NCBI GenBank assembly: GCA_963743775.1
Contig: CAVURA010000008.1
Span: 517,152-581,151, forward strand
Source of the DNA: an uncultured Bacteroidales bacterium
Lineage (GTDB): Bacteria; Bacteroidota; Bacteroidia; Bacteroidales; VadinHA17
Reading direction: 5' to 3'
Length of the DNA: 64,000 nucleotides
The translations under genes were made by a program, and so were the position numbers. Position 1 is the first letter of the stretch. Each line of letters starts with the position of its first letter. Positions 48,801-58,266 of this stretch are shown piece by piece. The notes beneath the pieces were generated by a model. That model was given only the letters and a program-made list of their open reading frames with translations, did no database searches and had not been told where the DNA came from.

Positions 48801-50606
48801 ATGAAACTAAGAGTTGTACTTGCGATCTGTCTGCTGGTTCCCTGCCTGAGTATCAACGCCCAGGATAGCAAGAGACTGATTATCCTCCATACCAATGACT
48901 TCCACTCACACCTTCAGGGATATGCACCGGAATCGGCCTATACACCCCTGGCTATCGACGGTGACCCTACTGTGGGCGGGTTTGCAAGGATCGCAGGGAT
49001 AATTTCAGAAACAAAAACCGAAAATCCGAATTCGACCCTGGTGCTTGATGCAGGCGACTGCCTGATGGGAACTCTTTTTCAGGCCATTGAACCGGAAACA
49101 GGATTTCAGCTGCACCTCATGAAACAGGCAGGCTATGATGTTGTGGCCCTGGGTAACCATGACTTTGACTTCGGTCCTGAAAAATACGCAGCTATTGTCA
49201 GAAATGCAGTAAAGAAGGGAGAAATACCCGTTTTGCTGGCAGGTAATACTGTAACGGATCCCGCAAACCCTGCAGATGATTCATTCGAGGCTTTGATTAG
49301 TGACGGTCTGATAAAAAAGTATGTCATAACAGAGAAAGAAGGTCTTAAAATAGGGATTTTCTCACTGCTCGGAAAGGATGCGGATGAATCAGCTCCCTAT
49401 GCAACGCCGGTGACATTTGATGAGATCATCCCGGCAGCAAAAAAACTTGTTAAAGAGTTGAAGAATGAGGGCTGCGATGTAATTATCTGCCTGTCACACA
49501 GTGGCATTGAAAAGGATAAAAAAGGGGGCTGGACCGGTGAAGATGTGAAGCTTGCACAGAAAGTAAAAGGTATTGACCTGATCATCTCCGGTCACACACA
49601 TACCCTCCTTAAAGAGCCCCTGGTTGTGAACGGGGTACCGATCCTAGGGGTTGGTGATAACGGAAGATATGTCGGCCGGATTGAGCTACTTGCCGGTAGC
49701 GGCCGCGTGAAACTTGACAGATACGAAGCCATTCCCATGGACGATAAGATTCAATCCCGGAGTGATATACAAACAGCAATAGTTGCACAGCAGGAAAAGA
49801 TAAACGAAGAAATATTAAGCCCTCTGGGGATGACATATAATATGCCTGTGGCCATCGCTCCCTACACGATTATCTATGATGAATTCGGAGATGCAGCCGG
49901 AAGCAACCTCGGGGGACTTGTCGCTGATGCAATTTATTACTATTCAAACAGTGAGGGTCCGGGCACTGACATTGCCATTGTGGCCGCGGGTGTCCTCCGC
50001 GATCCGATCCAACCGGGAGTCCAGAGCGTTGCTGATATCTTCAGAGCGATGTCACTCGGCTCCGGAAACGATAAGGTGCCCGGTTATGCACTTTCACAGT
50101 TATGGTGCACCGGAAAAGAGCTTAAGAATATAGCTGAGATACTGATTTTTTTATCAGCATCGACACCGTCGAATTTTCCCTACTATTCCCATCTCCGCCT
50201 GGAATATGATCCGGACGGCGGACTTTTTAACAAGGTACGGAAAATAGAACTGACCGATCGCGAGGGAAATGTCACGGAAGTGAATACTTCAAAAAAAGAT
50301 ACTAAGCTTTATTCAATTGTGGCTAACTCATACCTGGTAGATAATCTCCCTTTAATAAAAAAGAAAACATTTGGATTGATAAGCGTTATACCAAAAGATA
50401 AAGAAGGAAATCCGGTAACAGATTTCGGGAAGGCCGTAGTCGATTTTAATACTTCAATGGCCGGTTTACAGGAGGGGAAGGAATGGCTGGCACTGGTGAA
50501 ATATATTCAACAGTTTGCTCCTGCTGAAACAGGAGGACTTCCTGTTATACCGCCATATTATAAGAATCCTGAACGGTCGCTTGTAAAAGTAAGCAGTGAA
50601 AAGTGA
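48801..50606 (+). CDS. Secreted bifunctional metallophosphatase/5'-nucleotidase (UshA-like)
   Basis: 601 aa with a signal peptide. Motifs: ILHTNDFHSHL, DAGD, GNHDFD and SGHTH, followed by a C-terminal 5'-nucleotidase substrate-binding-like region. Confidence 0.85.
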   Translation: MKLRVVLAICLLVPCLSINAQDSKRLIILHTNDFHSHLQGYAPESAYTPLAIDGDPTVGGFARIAGIISETKTENPNSTLVLDAGDCLMGTLFQAIEPETGFQLHLMKQAGYDVVALGNHDFDFGPEKYAAIVRNAVKKGEIPVLLAGNTVTDPANPADDSFEALISDGLIKKYVITEKEGLKIGIFSLLGKDADESAPYATPVTFDEIIPAAKKLVKELKNEGCDVIICLSHSGIEKDKKGGWTGEDVKLAQKVKGIDLIISGHTHTLLKEPLVVNGVPILGVGDNGRYVGRIELLAGSGRVKLDRYEAIPMDDKIQSRSDIQTAIVAQQEKINEEILSPLGMTYNMPVAIAPYTIIYDEFGDAAGSNLGGLVADAIYYYSNSEGPGTDIAIVAAGVLRDPIQPGVQSVADIFRAMSLGSGNDKVPGYALSQLWCTGKELKNIAEILIFLSASTPSNFPYYSHLRLEYDPDGGLFNKVRKIELTDREGNVTEVNTSKKDTKLYSIVANSYLVDNLPLIKKKTFGLISVIPKDKEGNPVTDFGKAVVDFNTSMAGLQEGKEWLALVKYIQQFAPAETGGLPVIPPYYKNPERSLVKVSSEK

Positions 50607-51421
50607 CCCGAACAAAACATACTTCTTTATTTATCTGTTTTTTCAACCTCAAATCGAGAACCGGCCTGAAGAGTCATTTTCACATAGTATTTATAACGCT
50701 TGGTCTTTCCCTGATCTCATTTCTGATGCCAGCCGCGGGAAGTGACTGCGGCAGCAAGACCATATACCATAGTTATATCAGTGGCGACATAGAGATGTGG
50801 AAAAGGGGTATGGCTGAACTGCAGGAGGCGTACGATAAAACGGCTGAACCATGCGTGCTGTTAACGCTCACGGAAGCGAGGTACGGTTATATTGGTTACC
50901 TGCTCGGAATAAATAACAAGACCGAAGCTGAGCCGCAGATTGAATCTTTTGAAACAGATATCGAACACCTTGCAGTTTTTCCGGAGTACAGGGCTGAGAC
51001 AGAGTCATTCAGAGTCGCCCTGCTCGGCTTCCACATGGGAATGAATCCGGTAAAAGCTATGACACTGGGACCTAAGGCACTTAAACAGCTTGAAAAGGCA
51101 GTCGCAGCAGACAGCACCTGCCCTGCAGTATGGATAGAAAAGGCCAATTCTGAAGCCAATATGCCTGCATTTGCAGGTGGATCAAAGGAAAAAGCTATTG
51201 CATCCTACATCGAAGCCCTGCGTTTGTTTGAGGCTGATCCGGCGCTGTCAGAATCAAATTGGAGATATCTGAATACTATTGTCCTTCTGGGCCAGACCCT
51301 TGAAAAGCTAGAGGACTATTCGGGAGCCCGTCAGGCTTACCTGAAAGCCCTGGAAAGGGAACCAGGCTTCCGGCGAGTCCGCGATGAGCTGCTGCCTGCA
51401 GTAGAAAGCAAACTGAAATAG
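50603..51421 (+). CDS. Hypothetical helical (TPR-like) protein with an N-terminal hydrophobic segment
   Basis: 272 aa. The GTG start overlaps the preceding stop (GTGA). The start must precede the hydrophobic segment HIVFITLGLSLISFLMPAAG. The C-terminal helices (YIEALRLFE...ARQAYLKALEREP) look TPR-like. No family assigned. Confidence 0.45.
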   Translation: MTRTKHTSLFICFFNLKSRTGLKSHFHIVFITLGLSLISFLMPAAGSDCGSKTIYHSYISGDIEMWKRGMAELQEAYDKTAEPCVLLTLTEARYGYIGYLLGINNKTEAEPQIESFETDIEHLAVFPEYRAETESFRVALLGFHMGMNPVKAMTLGPKALKQLEKAVAADSTCPAVWIEKANSEANMPAFAGGSKEKAIASYIEALRLFEADPALSESNWRYLNTIVLLGQTLEKLEDYSGARQAYLKALEREPGFRRVRDELLPAVESKLK

Positions 51422-51466
51422 GAGATTTTTATTTGCAGCTGCTTTTCACTGCTGTTTTTGACCTGT

Positions 51467-52207
51467 TTAAATGGTCTTCGCCTGATTGAAAGTATTGTTA
51501 TGGTCAAAAATACGTGCAAAGTGATTTTCGAGGTGTCTTCTCATGCCTTCCCGGAACTCATCGGGTGTGCCTCTTCTGAGTAGGGTTACCAGTTCTTTAT
51601 GTGATCTGTATTGATTCCGTTTTCCTTTTCTCTTCAGAAGGCCTGTATTATAAACTTGCTGGAAAGCCGGGAGTAACAAATTCTGAAGATTTTCCAGCGT
51701 ATTATTGCCGGTCATCCTGTAAAGCTTTCCATGGAATTTGATCTCATGATCAACATCGAAAAATATATTGTCGGAATGGTCAGGTTCAATTTTAACGATT
51801 TCTTCAAGCTCTTGAATATCAGCATCTGTCTTCCTTGAAAATATAAAATCTGCCATTCCGATTTCCAGAGCGAGGCGTATCTCAAATATATCCATCAGGG
51901 TCTTATTGCCGAGCATCGTGGGGATCAATGATTTGCCCAGAATAGCTGACAGGTCAGGACTTCTGATAATCGTTCCCCTATGCTTCCTTGACTCGATCAG
52001 ACCCATCGTCTTGAGCCTGTTGAGCGATTCCCTTATTACAGTCCGGCTGACACCCATGAATGTTGCCAGCTCTGTCTCTTTGGGTATAGAGTCACCGGGT
52101 CTCAGCTCTTTTTGGAGAAAAACCTCAATCAGCCGCTTCTCAACCTGATCTACAAGGCTGCTGACAGCTGTTTCTTTAAGCTCAAGTCTGTAGTCCTGGC
52201 TGTCCAT
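51467..52207 (-). CDS. GntR family transcriptional regulator, FadR subfamily (FCD domain)
   Basis: 246 aa. The winged HTH is LRPGDSIPKETELATFMGVSRTVIRESLNRLKTMGLIESRKHRGTII, followed by an all-helical C-terminal domain. Confidence 0.85.
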   Translation of the reverse strand: MDSQDYRLELKETAVSSLVDQVEKRLIEVFLQKELRPGDSIPKETELATFMGVSRTVIRESLNRLKTMGLIESRKHRGTIIRSPDLSAILGKSLIPTMLGNKTLMDIFEIRLALEIGMADFIFSRKTDADIQELEEIVKIEPDHSDNIFFDVDHEIKFHGKLYRMTGNNTLENLQNLLLPAFQQVYNTGLLKRKGKRNQYRSHKELVTLLRRGTPDEFREGMRRHLENHFARIFDHNNTFNQAKTI

Positions 52208-52313
52208 TATTCATTGCATTTAAATACATCTGCTCAAAAAGTAAAATTAAACCAATGTGACACACCCTGATTGTTTTTCCAGTTCTTTTTTGAAGCTTTG
52301 CATTTATAAGAGC

Positions 52314-52348
52314 TTTCTTATCACTGATACCTGGTCAGTGATAAGAAA
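52314..52348. promoter_or_regulatory. 14-bp perfect inverted repeat in the divergent GntR/operon intergenic region (candidate operator)
   Basis: TTTCTTATCACTGA (52314-52327), spacer tacctgg, TCAGTGATAAGAAA (52335-52348). The centre reads ACCTGGTCAG, reminiscent of FadR-type TGGT/ACCA half sites. Confidence 0.45.
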
Positions 52349-52551
52349 CCGTCTGTAGCGATGCCCGATCCGGCCGTAGCATCGGGTGGAAACAATCTTT
52401 TTTCTCCTTTGTTTAATAAGCCTGCACAATTGTTAATAGCATTTGCCCGTTATTAACATCAATTAGTTTGCCCCAAATCTTAAGTGTAAATTTTTTCAAT
52501 GCATTCAATTCCCTTATTTGGTTACAAGGAAATACACATATACTATTCCCT

Positions 52552-53766
52552 ATGCTAAGACGAGCTTGTTTTCTATTTGTGCTTCCTGCTGTTTTATTTT
52601 TCGGATCCGGTAAAACAGCGAAGGCTCAGGGCTGGACATTTACGGAAACCGTTTCGAATTCAGGACCAGGTCCATGTATCCCTTATCCACAACTTCCGCC
52701 GTTGGTTTATAATACCAAGGATGCCTGTGAGTACAACCGGTCGGCAGAGCTAAGCAATAACGGTGAAGACTGGTCAGCTTTTGGCGACGGGAGCTGTCTT
52801 TTGGTTATTACCTGTACTCCGTGCGTCGGGTCTGATATCGGTGGCCCCGGTACGTCAGGATCAGGCGGCAGCTCCATTTTGGGAGATCCGGGAGCCGTCA
52901 GTATTACCGGATTGCTGACAGGTAATGCCTTGTTTTCCGCGCACGACATAAAGGACATCGAGAATTGGGTCAACGATTACATGCAGAGGATGAAATCAAT
53001 GGGCATAACTGATGATGGAATGAACCTGCTTACTTCCGGCGATGTTCCACTAACTGGTAATGCCGGCTTTGATAAATTTTATACCGAGCAGATGATGCAG
53101 TTTAAGAAACCGGAGCAGGGAGGCACCGTTTACCTTAAGGAAGGCCAGGAAACAATTGATCCAAATGACCTGAAGGGTTCCGGGAAACAAAATACAGTTC
53201 CACAAAATACAACTGCCGGTCTGGGAACAGTTGTAGCGCTTTCTTCCGCCAATCAGTGGTACCATCTGGAGCCACTGTCAAACGGAGGCATACCTCCGGT
53301 GCCGGTAAGTAATAATGATCCCAATGCCCGTTATGAGCATCCAAGGATTGAGGCGGCAAGGGAGGCTGGCATAACGCTGGCCGGATGGCTGCCTGATGGC
53401 GCAGCGTATCCCGGAATCCTTGCGGTAAATATCTGGTCTGAGAATGCCAAAGCGATACAGGACATAAGAGACGGTAATGCTCCCCAGGATGCCTGGACAA
53501 GTATATCAAACGCCTATCAGAACTCGTTGACAGACATAACAAATCAGGCAATTGGTGATGTCCAGGGTAAGATATTTGATAAAACCCTGGAAATTATCAG
53601 TCCGGTCAAGGGATTCGCAGAACTGGCCTCAGGTGTTACTGATATAAACGATAAATGGCAGGATCTGGGCGGGAAGGTTGCCGGTGGTGAAGGTGACGGG
53701 ATTTTCGGAAATATCACAAAGGCTGCTGGGTGGCTGGGTCAGGCACCTTCTGGCAACGGACTTTAA
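52552..53766 (+). CDS. Operon gene A: secreted protein of unknown function, with a Cys-rich N-terminal region then a Gly/Asn/Gln-rich region
   Basis: Start chosen at the ATG at 52552, which gives the signal peptide MLRRACFLFVLPAVLFFGSGKTAKAQ. There are 6 Cys in the first ~100 mature residues. I recognise no motif. Confidence 0.55.
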   Translation: MLRRACFLFVLPAVLFFGSGKTAKAQGWTFTETVSNSGPGPCIPYPQLPPLVYNTKDACEYNRSAELSNNGEDWSAFGDGSCLLVITCTPCVGSDIGGPGTSGSGGSSILGDPGAVSITGLLTGNALFSAHDIKDIENWVNDYMQRMKSMGITDDGMNLLTSGDVPLTGNAGFDKFYTEQMMQFKKPEQGGTVYLKEGQETIDPNDLKGSGKQNTVPQNTTAGLGTVVALSSANQWYHLEPLSNGGIPPVPVSNNDPNARYEHPRIEAAREAGITLAGWLPDGAAYPGILAVNIWSENAKAIQDIRDGNAPQDAWTSISNAYQNSLTDITNQAIGDVQGKIFDKTLEIISPVKGFAELASGVTDINDKWQDLGGKVAGGEGDGIFGNITKAAGWLGQAPSGNGL

Positions 53767-53792
53767 ATCTAACAGACATAACAATTTATTGT

Positions 53793-54875
53793 ATGCAAAC
53801 TATAAAGCAAATACTGTGTTCAACTGCACTGCTGTCCTTCTCACTGTTATTGGCAGGAAGTCCGGGCAAGGATTCATTACGATTTGAAGTGCTGATGAAC
53901 AGCCAGATGCTGAAAACGATTAATCTCGAACCGGAATTCGTTAACTCAATGGATATAACTGCCGAACGTCATGTCCTGCTTTCCACAAAAGACCAGTTTT
54001 ATCTGCTGGGGTGGGGAGGAATTACTCCGCTTGGCAAATCTGTATCATCCGGATCAATCAGGTCTTTCGCTTTTTCCCCGGACAGCCTCCTGATGGTTGT
54101 CAAAAATGATGAGATCTGTTACTTCGATTCCAACAAGGAGCTCAGGAAGCTGTACAAACTTCCTGGAAAACAAATGGCAATAAGCGCAGGCAAAGATGTT
54201 ATGTATGTATATGATCAGAGCTCTAACGCATCAGGCAATATTGTTTATGTTATCACACCCGGCGGGAAGTACGCCGTGCTGCTTGAAGTATCATTGCCAG
54301 TAAACGCTCTGGAAGAACTGGACAGCTCCCTCATTCTTGCCAGCGGGAATAAGGTTTATAAGTTTGATCTGAAGACAAAGAATTATAAGGTGCTTTCATC
54401 CCTCTCGAAAGAAAAAACAATTATCTCCGTGACTTCTGATCCGTCCAGCGGAAGGATCTATTTTTCAACCGACAGAGCGATTTATGCTGTCAATGACACG
54501 AGTGCCATAACCGTATCAGAGGGTCTGGGAGGCATTCTGAAATTCTTCGATGACGGACTTGTTGTTTTTGATCCTGCTAAGAAATTCCTCCTGAGAATTA
54601 CCGGCATAGAAGAGGAATTGGGGAATGCACAACCATATAAACCCGAAGAAGCACAAAAACCGGATGACGGAGTTCTGAGGAACTCCAATATCATTGCACT
54701 TGCGAAATCCGAAATGTCGGATGCTCTCATTATTTCTATAATCAGTCGGTCAAGGACGGACTTCAATCTGAGTATCGACACGATGATTGATCTGTCGGTG
54801 AAGGGAGTGTCTTCCGAAGTGATAATGGCGATGAGACAGGCAATGAAGCAACAGACACTTGAACAGCAGAAGTAA
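53793..54875 (+). CDS. Operon gene B: secreted protein with a repeated beta-strand (propeller-like) body plus a ~55-aa C-terminal module shared with gene C
   Basis: The ATG at 53793 gives the signal peptide MQTIKQILCSTALLSFSLLLAGSPG. The body has short repeats (ICYFD, MYVYD, VYKFD, IYFST, IYAVN). The C-terminal module is LRNSNIIALAKSEMSDALIISIISRSRTDFNLSIDTMIDLSVKGVSSEVIMAM. Confidence 0.55.
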   Translation: MQTIKQILCSTALLSFSLLLAGSPGKDSLRFEVLMNSQMLKTINLEPEFVNSMDITAERHVLLSTKDQFYLLGWGGITPLGKSVSSGSIRSFAFSPDSLLMVVKNDEICYFDSNKELRKLYKLPGKQMAISAGKDVMYVYDQSSNASGNIVYVITPGGKYAVLLEVSLPVNALEELDSSLILASGNKVYKFDLKTKNYKVLSSLSKEKTIISVTSDPSSGRIYFSTDRAIYAVNDTSAITVSEGLGGILKFFDDGLVVFDPAKKFLLRITGIEEELGNAQPYKPEEAQKPDDGVLRNSNIIALAKSEMSDALIISIISRSRTDFNLSIDTMIDLSVKGVSSEVIMAMRQAMKQQTLEQQK

Positions 54876-54879
54876 TAAC

Positions 54880-56133
54880 ATGAAATCAATTATATCAATG
54901 AAAAAGCATATTTCTCTGATTTTGACCGGATTGTTTATCGCAGTCATGGTTAATGCACAGACACCTGAGACACTGACAAACAGTTCTGTGATAAAAATGT
55001 CAAAGGCAAACCTGTCAGATGAACTGATAACCGATATGATCCAGAACTCTCCGGTTAAGTTCGATTTAACCGAAAGTGCACTGAAAAAACTGGCCGGCGA
55101 AGGCGTCTCAACATCCGTAATTCAGTCTATGAAAAACACAGGAGGAGCATCTAAACCCCCGGCTGAGCAACCCGCCACTGCATCCGGAGAAAAGGCAACC
55201 CCGGCCTCCGGATCAAAAGAACCGGATGCCGTAGTATCCGAAACTGCATATACTCCTTCAGCGGTAAAAAAGACTGTGTCTGTCGAAGCCCTTAATTATG
55301 TTGCCCCTCTGACTGAACTGATCAAGTTCAATGAGACAAAGTTTAAAGGTCTCGAAACCACCATCATTGAATGGGATAAGCAGGTGAGAGACAATGTGGC
55401 TGATGTAAATAAGGTCAAGGGTCAGATGCTGCAGGTTGAGAATGAGCTTCGGCAAAAGAAAAATGCTGATACAAAAGCTTTCAGCTCTGATATTATTTCG
55501 CTGAAAGGAAAACTGGAAGCATACAGGAAAAATTACCGGCAGTCAAAAGACATTATGTTAAAGGACGGAGACAACATTGTGAAAGAGCTTGAGACACTAA
55601 AGAGCGATGTAATCCGTGATATCAGCAAAGCCTACTCTGACGCAGGTCAGCAGGTTGGTTCAGCTGATTCAGACCCGGCTTCAGGTGAGAATGCCGTTAC
55701 TGTGAATTACACTGTGAGAGAGATTAATAATAATGCTGCCGGATATATCGTGTTTCTGACTGAAATGCTTGCCTGGCATCAGAATGAAATCAGGGAGCTG
55801 AACACGGTAATCAACGATTGGAACCCGCGGGTCACAAAAATAATCCAGGATGATGCACTGCTGAAGGAACAGCTTGATCCTGTTGAACAAAAGCTCAAGG
55901 AGTTAAGCTCAAACTCAAAGCTTAATAAGGCCGAAATATCCACCCTCAAAAAGAAGGCTTCAGAAATTGAAAAATCCAGAAAACAGCTTGCAGATCAAAT
56001 GAAGGACGATGCAAAGGTTCTGGCTTCCTATCTGAAACAAATGAGCCAGAAAAATCAGGATGCCGTGGAAGAAAGGTTCACGGATATCATTGAGAACATA
56101 ACATATTCCTTCCAGGAAAAACTTAGTCTGTAA
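54880..56133 (+). CDS. Operon gene C: secreted protein with an N-terminal shared ~55-aa module, a Pro/Ala/Ser linker, and a long coiled-coil-like region
   Basis: The ATG at 54880 gives the signal peptide MKSIISMKKHISLILTGLFIAVMVNAQ. The module is LTNSSVIKMSKANLSDELITDMIQNSPVKFDLTESALKKLAGEGVSTSVIQSM and the linker is PPAEQPATASGEKATPASGSKEPD. About 280 aa rich in K/E/L/Q follow. Confidence 0.55.
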   Translation: MKSIISMKKHISLILTGLFIAVMVNAQTPETLTNSSVIKMSKANLSDELITDMIQNSPVKFDLTESALKKLAGEGVSTSVIQSMKNTGGASKPPAEQPATASGEKATPASGSKEPDAVVSETAYTPSAVKKTVSVEALNYVAPLTELIKFNETKFKGLETTIIEWDKQVRDNVADVNKVKGQMLQVENELRQKKNADTKAFSSDIISLKGKLEAYRKNYRQSKDIMLKDGDNIVKELETLKSDVIRDISKAYSDAGQQVGSADSDPASGENAVTVNYTVREINNNAAGYIVFLTEMLAWHQNEIRELNTVINDWNPRVTKIIQDDALLKEQLDPVEQKLKELSSNSKLNKAEISTLKKKASEIEKSRKQLADQMKDDAKVLASYLKQMSQKNQDAVEERFTDIIENITYSFQEKLSL

Positions 56134-56140
56134 GCTTCGT

Positions 56141-57389
56141 ATGATAAACAAGATAAGGATATTAAAAATTCCGGGAATGCTGAATAAAACCTGCATCTGC
56201 CTGGTCATGATGACTATTTTGTGGCCCGCTGCGATAACTTACGGCCATGAAATTGATGACAGAATACCTGAGAAACCGGAAAGAAACGGCCCTTCACTTG
56301 ATGCTGCAAGGGCATATATAATCTCTGAGGATTTCAACAAAGCTGTTTCCACATATGCAGTACTTCTTCAGAAAGATTCAGCCAGCACCTCTTTGAACGC
56401 AGAGTACGCCTATGCTCTGGCCCTGAATGGAATTTATGATGCAGCCCTTGCACGCCTCGATCGTGTATGGACCCCTAATTCCGGCAGCACCGACGTGAAT
56501 TTCTTTACTTCGCAGGTTTTTGCGCTTATGGGATATGACATGCTGGCAGTTGAGTTCGGTAATAAGATTGCTGCGGGAAGCACTCCGGCATGGATATCAT
56601 CAGCCGCACCCGGTTTCCTGAAGAATTACAGCGACCGGATGCCTGGAGACAACATGTCGGCAGATGGCGATGTTGTTGCGGATTTCAAGTCCGCAAACAG
56701 GCTTACGGCCCAGAATTATAATCTGATGTCTATTGCTATTTTTGAAGGAATTATCACCGCATACCCGGGTGAGTACCTTCCTTATGTAGGGTCAAGCATT
56801 GCACTTGAGAAAGCGGGCCTGAATGAAAAGTCGGCACAGACTATAGAACAGGCTCTTGCCATTCTGGGCGATAATACGGAACAGCAGGAAGCCAGACAGA
56901 TGCTGGAGACGACGGCTTGCCGACATCAAAGGCAAAACAACTGCGGCAGGAAAAAACAGCAGCACCAATCTTGTTGCGGCGGCAAAACCAGATGCAAAAG
57001 GGAGGCGTATGCTGGCTTATGCCGGCGGTATGTTCTCACCGTCATATCTGAGCCTGACAGGAAGAATCGGAACGTTCATATCGGGCGCCGGAAGTCTCTC
57101 TGCAGACCTTGGAGTCTCTTCAAGCGGAGGAAGTGCATCACTTAACCTTGGGGTAATGAATTTTTTCCGTCAGAAAATCTTCGCCGGCGGATACGGACTG
57201 GGTCTGGGATTTGGAGGAGGATCAACAACATTCAATATTAAAATTTCAGTGGGATTCAGCATAATGAATAAAGATAAGAATTCGAGCTGGGATATCTTTT
57301 TTGACGGTCAGCAACCTATTGGTTCTGAAGGATCTGCGACTGTGGTGGGCATGTCAATAGGACGAAGCGTTTATTTCGGTTCAAGATGA
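56141..57389 (+). pseudogene. Operon gene D: TPR-like N-terminal half fused to a Gly/Ser-rich beta-strand C-terminal half, with one frame break near 56905-56915
   Basis: ORFs 56141-57145 and 56856-57389 join as ...EQQEARQMLE/RRLADIKGKTTAAG... After the break the first frame becomes Arg/Cys-rich nonsense. The signal peptide is MLNKTCICLVMMTILWPAAITYG. The C-terminal half is MLAYAGGMFSPSYLSLTGRIG...GYGLGLGFGGGSTTFNIKISVGF. Confidence 0.5.
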
Positions 57390-58210
57390 TGAAACAGATG
57401 AAGAAATTATATACTGCAATAATTGTTCTGCTTATTGGTTCACAGGTAATCTTCGGGCAGGATAAGAACGCGAAGCTTGATTCGTTCAGATCAGATGTTC
57501 TGACAAAATACCAGGCATATTTTACCGTGGCAACCCTTGATGAATCAGGGCAACTCAGGCTGACAGCCTCGGAAAGCTACAGCAAACTGGCATCATCCGA
57601 TAAAAAGGATGTCATGAACATCATACTACGGTCATGGCAGGAATCTCTTGTGATTCTGCAGTTTGAGTCAAATCGGGAACTATGGGGATGGAACAGTGAA
57701 ACAAAGGATGGGCAGCTAATTGAGGTCTGGAATTTAAACCCTCAACCTCGCTCTGCTGAACCTCAGTCCATGCAGTCAGACATCGCTAAGCACCCGTGGT
57801 TCTTTTATATCGGTGGTGCGTCACAGATGGATTCTTTTAAAAACATAAACGGCGCTCTGAGCGCACGTCTTGGCTTCTTCCTCCTTCTTAACAAGCTCGA
57901 TCTGGCAGCATCTGTCACGGAACAGCTTTCGGGCAACATCGAGGATGAAAGCTCTTCATTGTCGACCAGTGTAGGCCTGGCAAGCAAATTCTACTTCCCC
58001 ATTCAGAAGCATAATATAAGTCCTAACCTGGGAGCGGAGCTTGCAGTGACAATCCCGTCGGAAGGTGAAATTTCATTTACCCCGTATTTTCTTGCAGGGG
58101 TAAGCTGGTATGTGGGCCCTGGCAGCCTCGATGTAGGGTTAAGGATAGGCAGCAGCTCGATGCTTATGTTCGGTTATACTTTAATCCCGAAATTTAAGTC
58201 CGGGAAATAG
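57386..58210 (+). CDS. Operon gene E: secreted protein of unknown function with a beta-strand-rich C-terminal half
   Basis: Its start overlaps the gene D stop (ATGA). The signal peptide is MMKQMKKLYTAIIVLLIGSQVIFGQ. The C-terminal half has alternating hydrophobic patterning (WFFYIGGASQ...LGFFLLLNK...LAGVSWYVGPGSLDVGLRIG). Confidence 0.55.
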   Translation: MMKQMKKLYTAIIVLLIGSQVIFGQDKNAKLDSFRSDVLTKYQAYFTVATLDESGQLRLTASESYSKLASSDKKDVMNIILRSWQESLVILQFESNRELWGWNSETKDGQLIEVWNLNPQPRSAEPQSMQSDIAKHPWFFYIGGASQMDSFKNINGALSARLGFFLLLNKLDLAASVTEQLSGNIEDESSSLSTSVGLASKFYFPIQKHNISPNLGAELAVTIPSEGEISFTPYFLAGVSWYVGPGSLDVGLRIGSSSMLMFGYTLIPKFKSGK

Positions 58211-58266
58211 AGTTCTTGGCGATTGATTAAGACGGCGCATTTGCCGTAATACCATAAGGAATTAAG

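Noticed and set aside
56900-56920. Programmed ribosomal frameshifting as an explanation for the split genes (gene D, rlmN, nif3, folC, porU)
   Set aside because: I saw no X-XXY-YYZ slippery heptamer or downstream stimulatory structure at the junctions. Several sites are plain short homopolymers. Nine independent recoding events in 64 kb is implausible.
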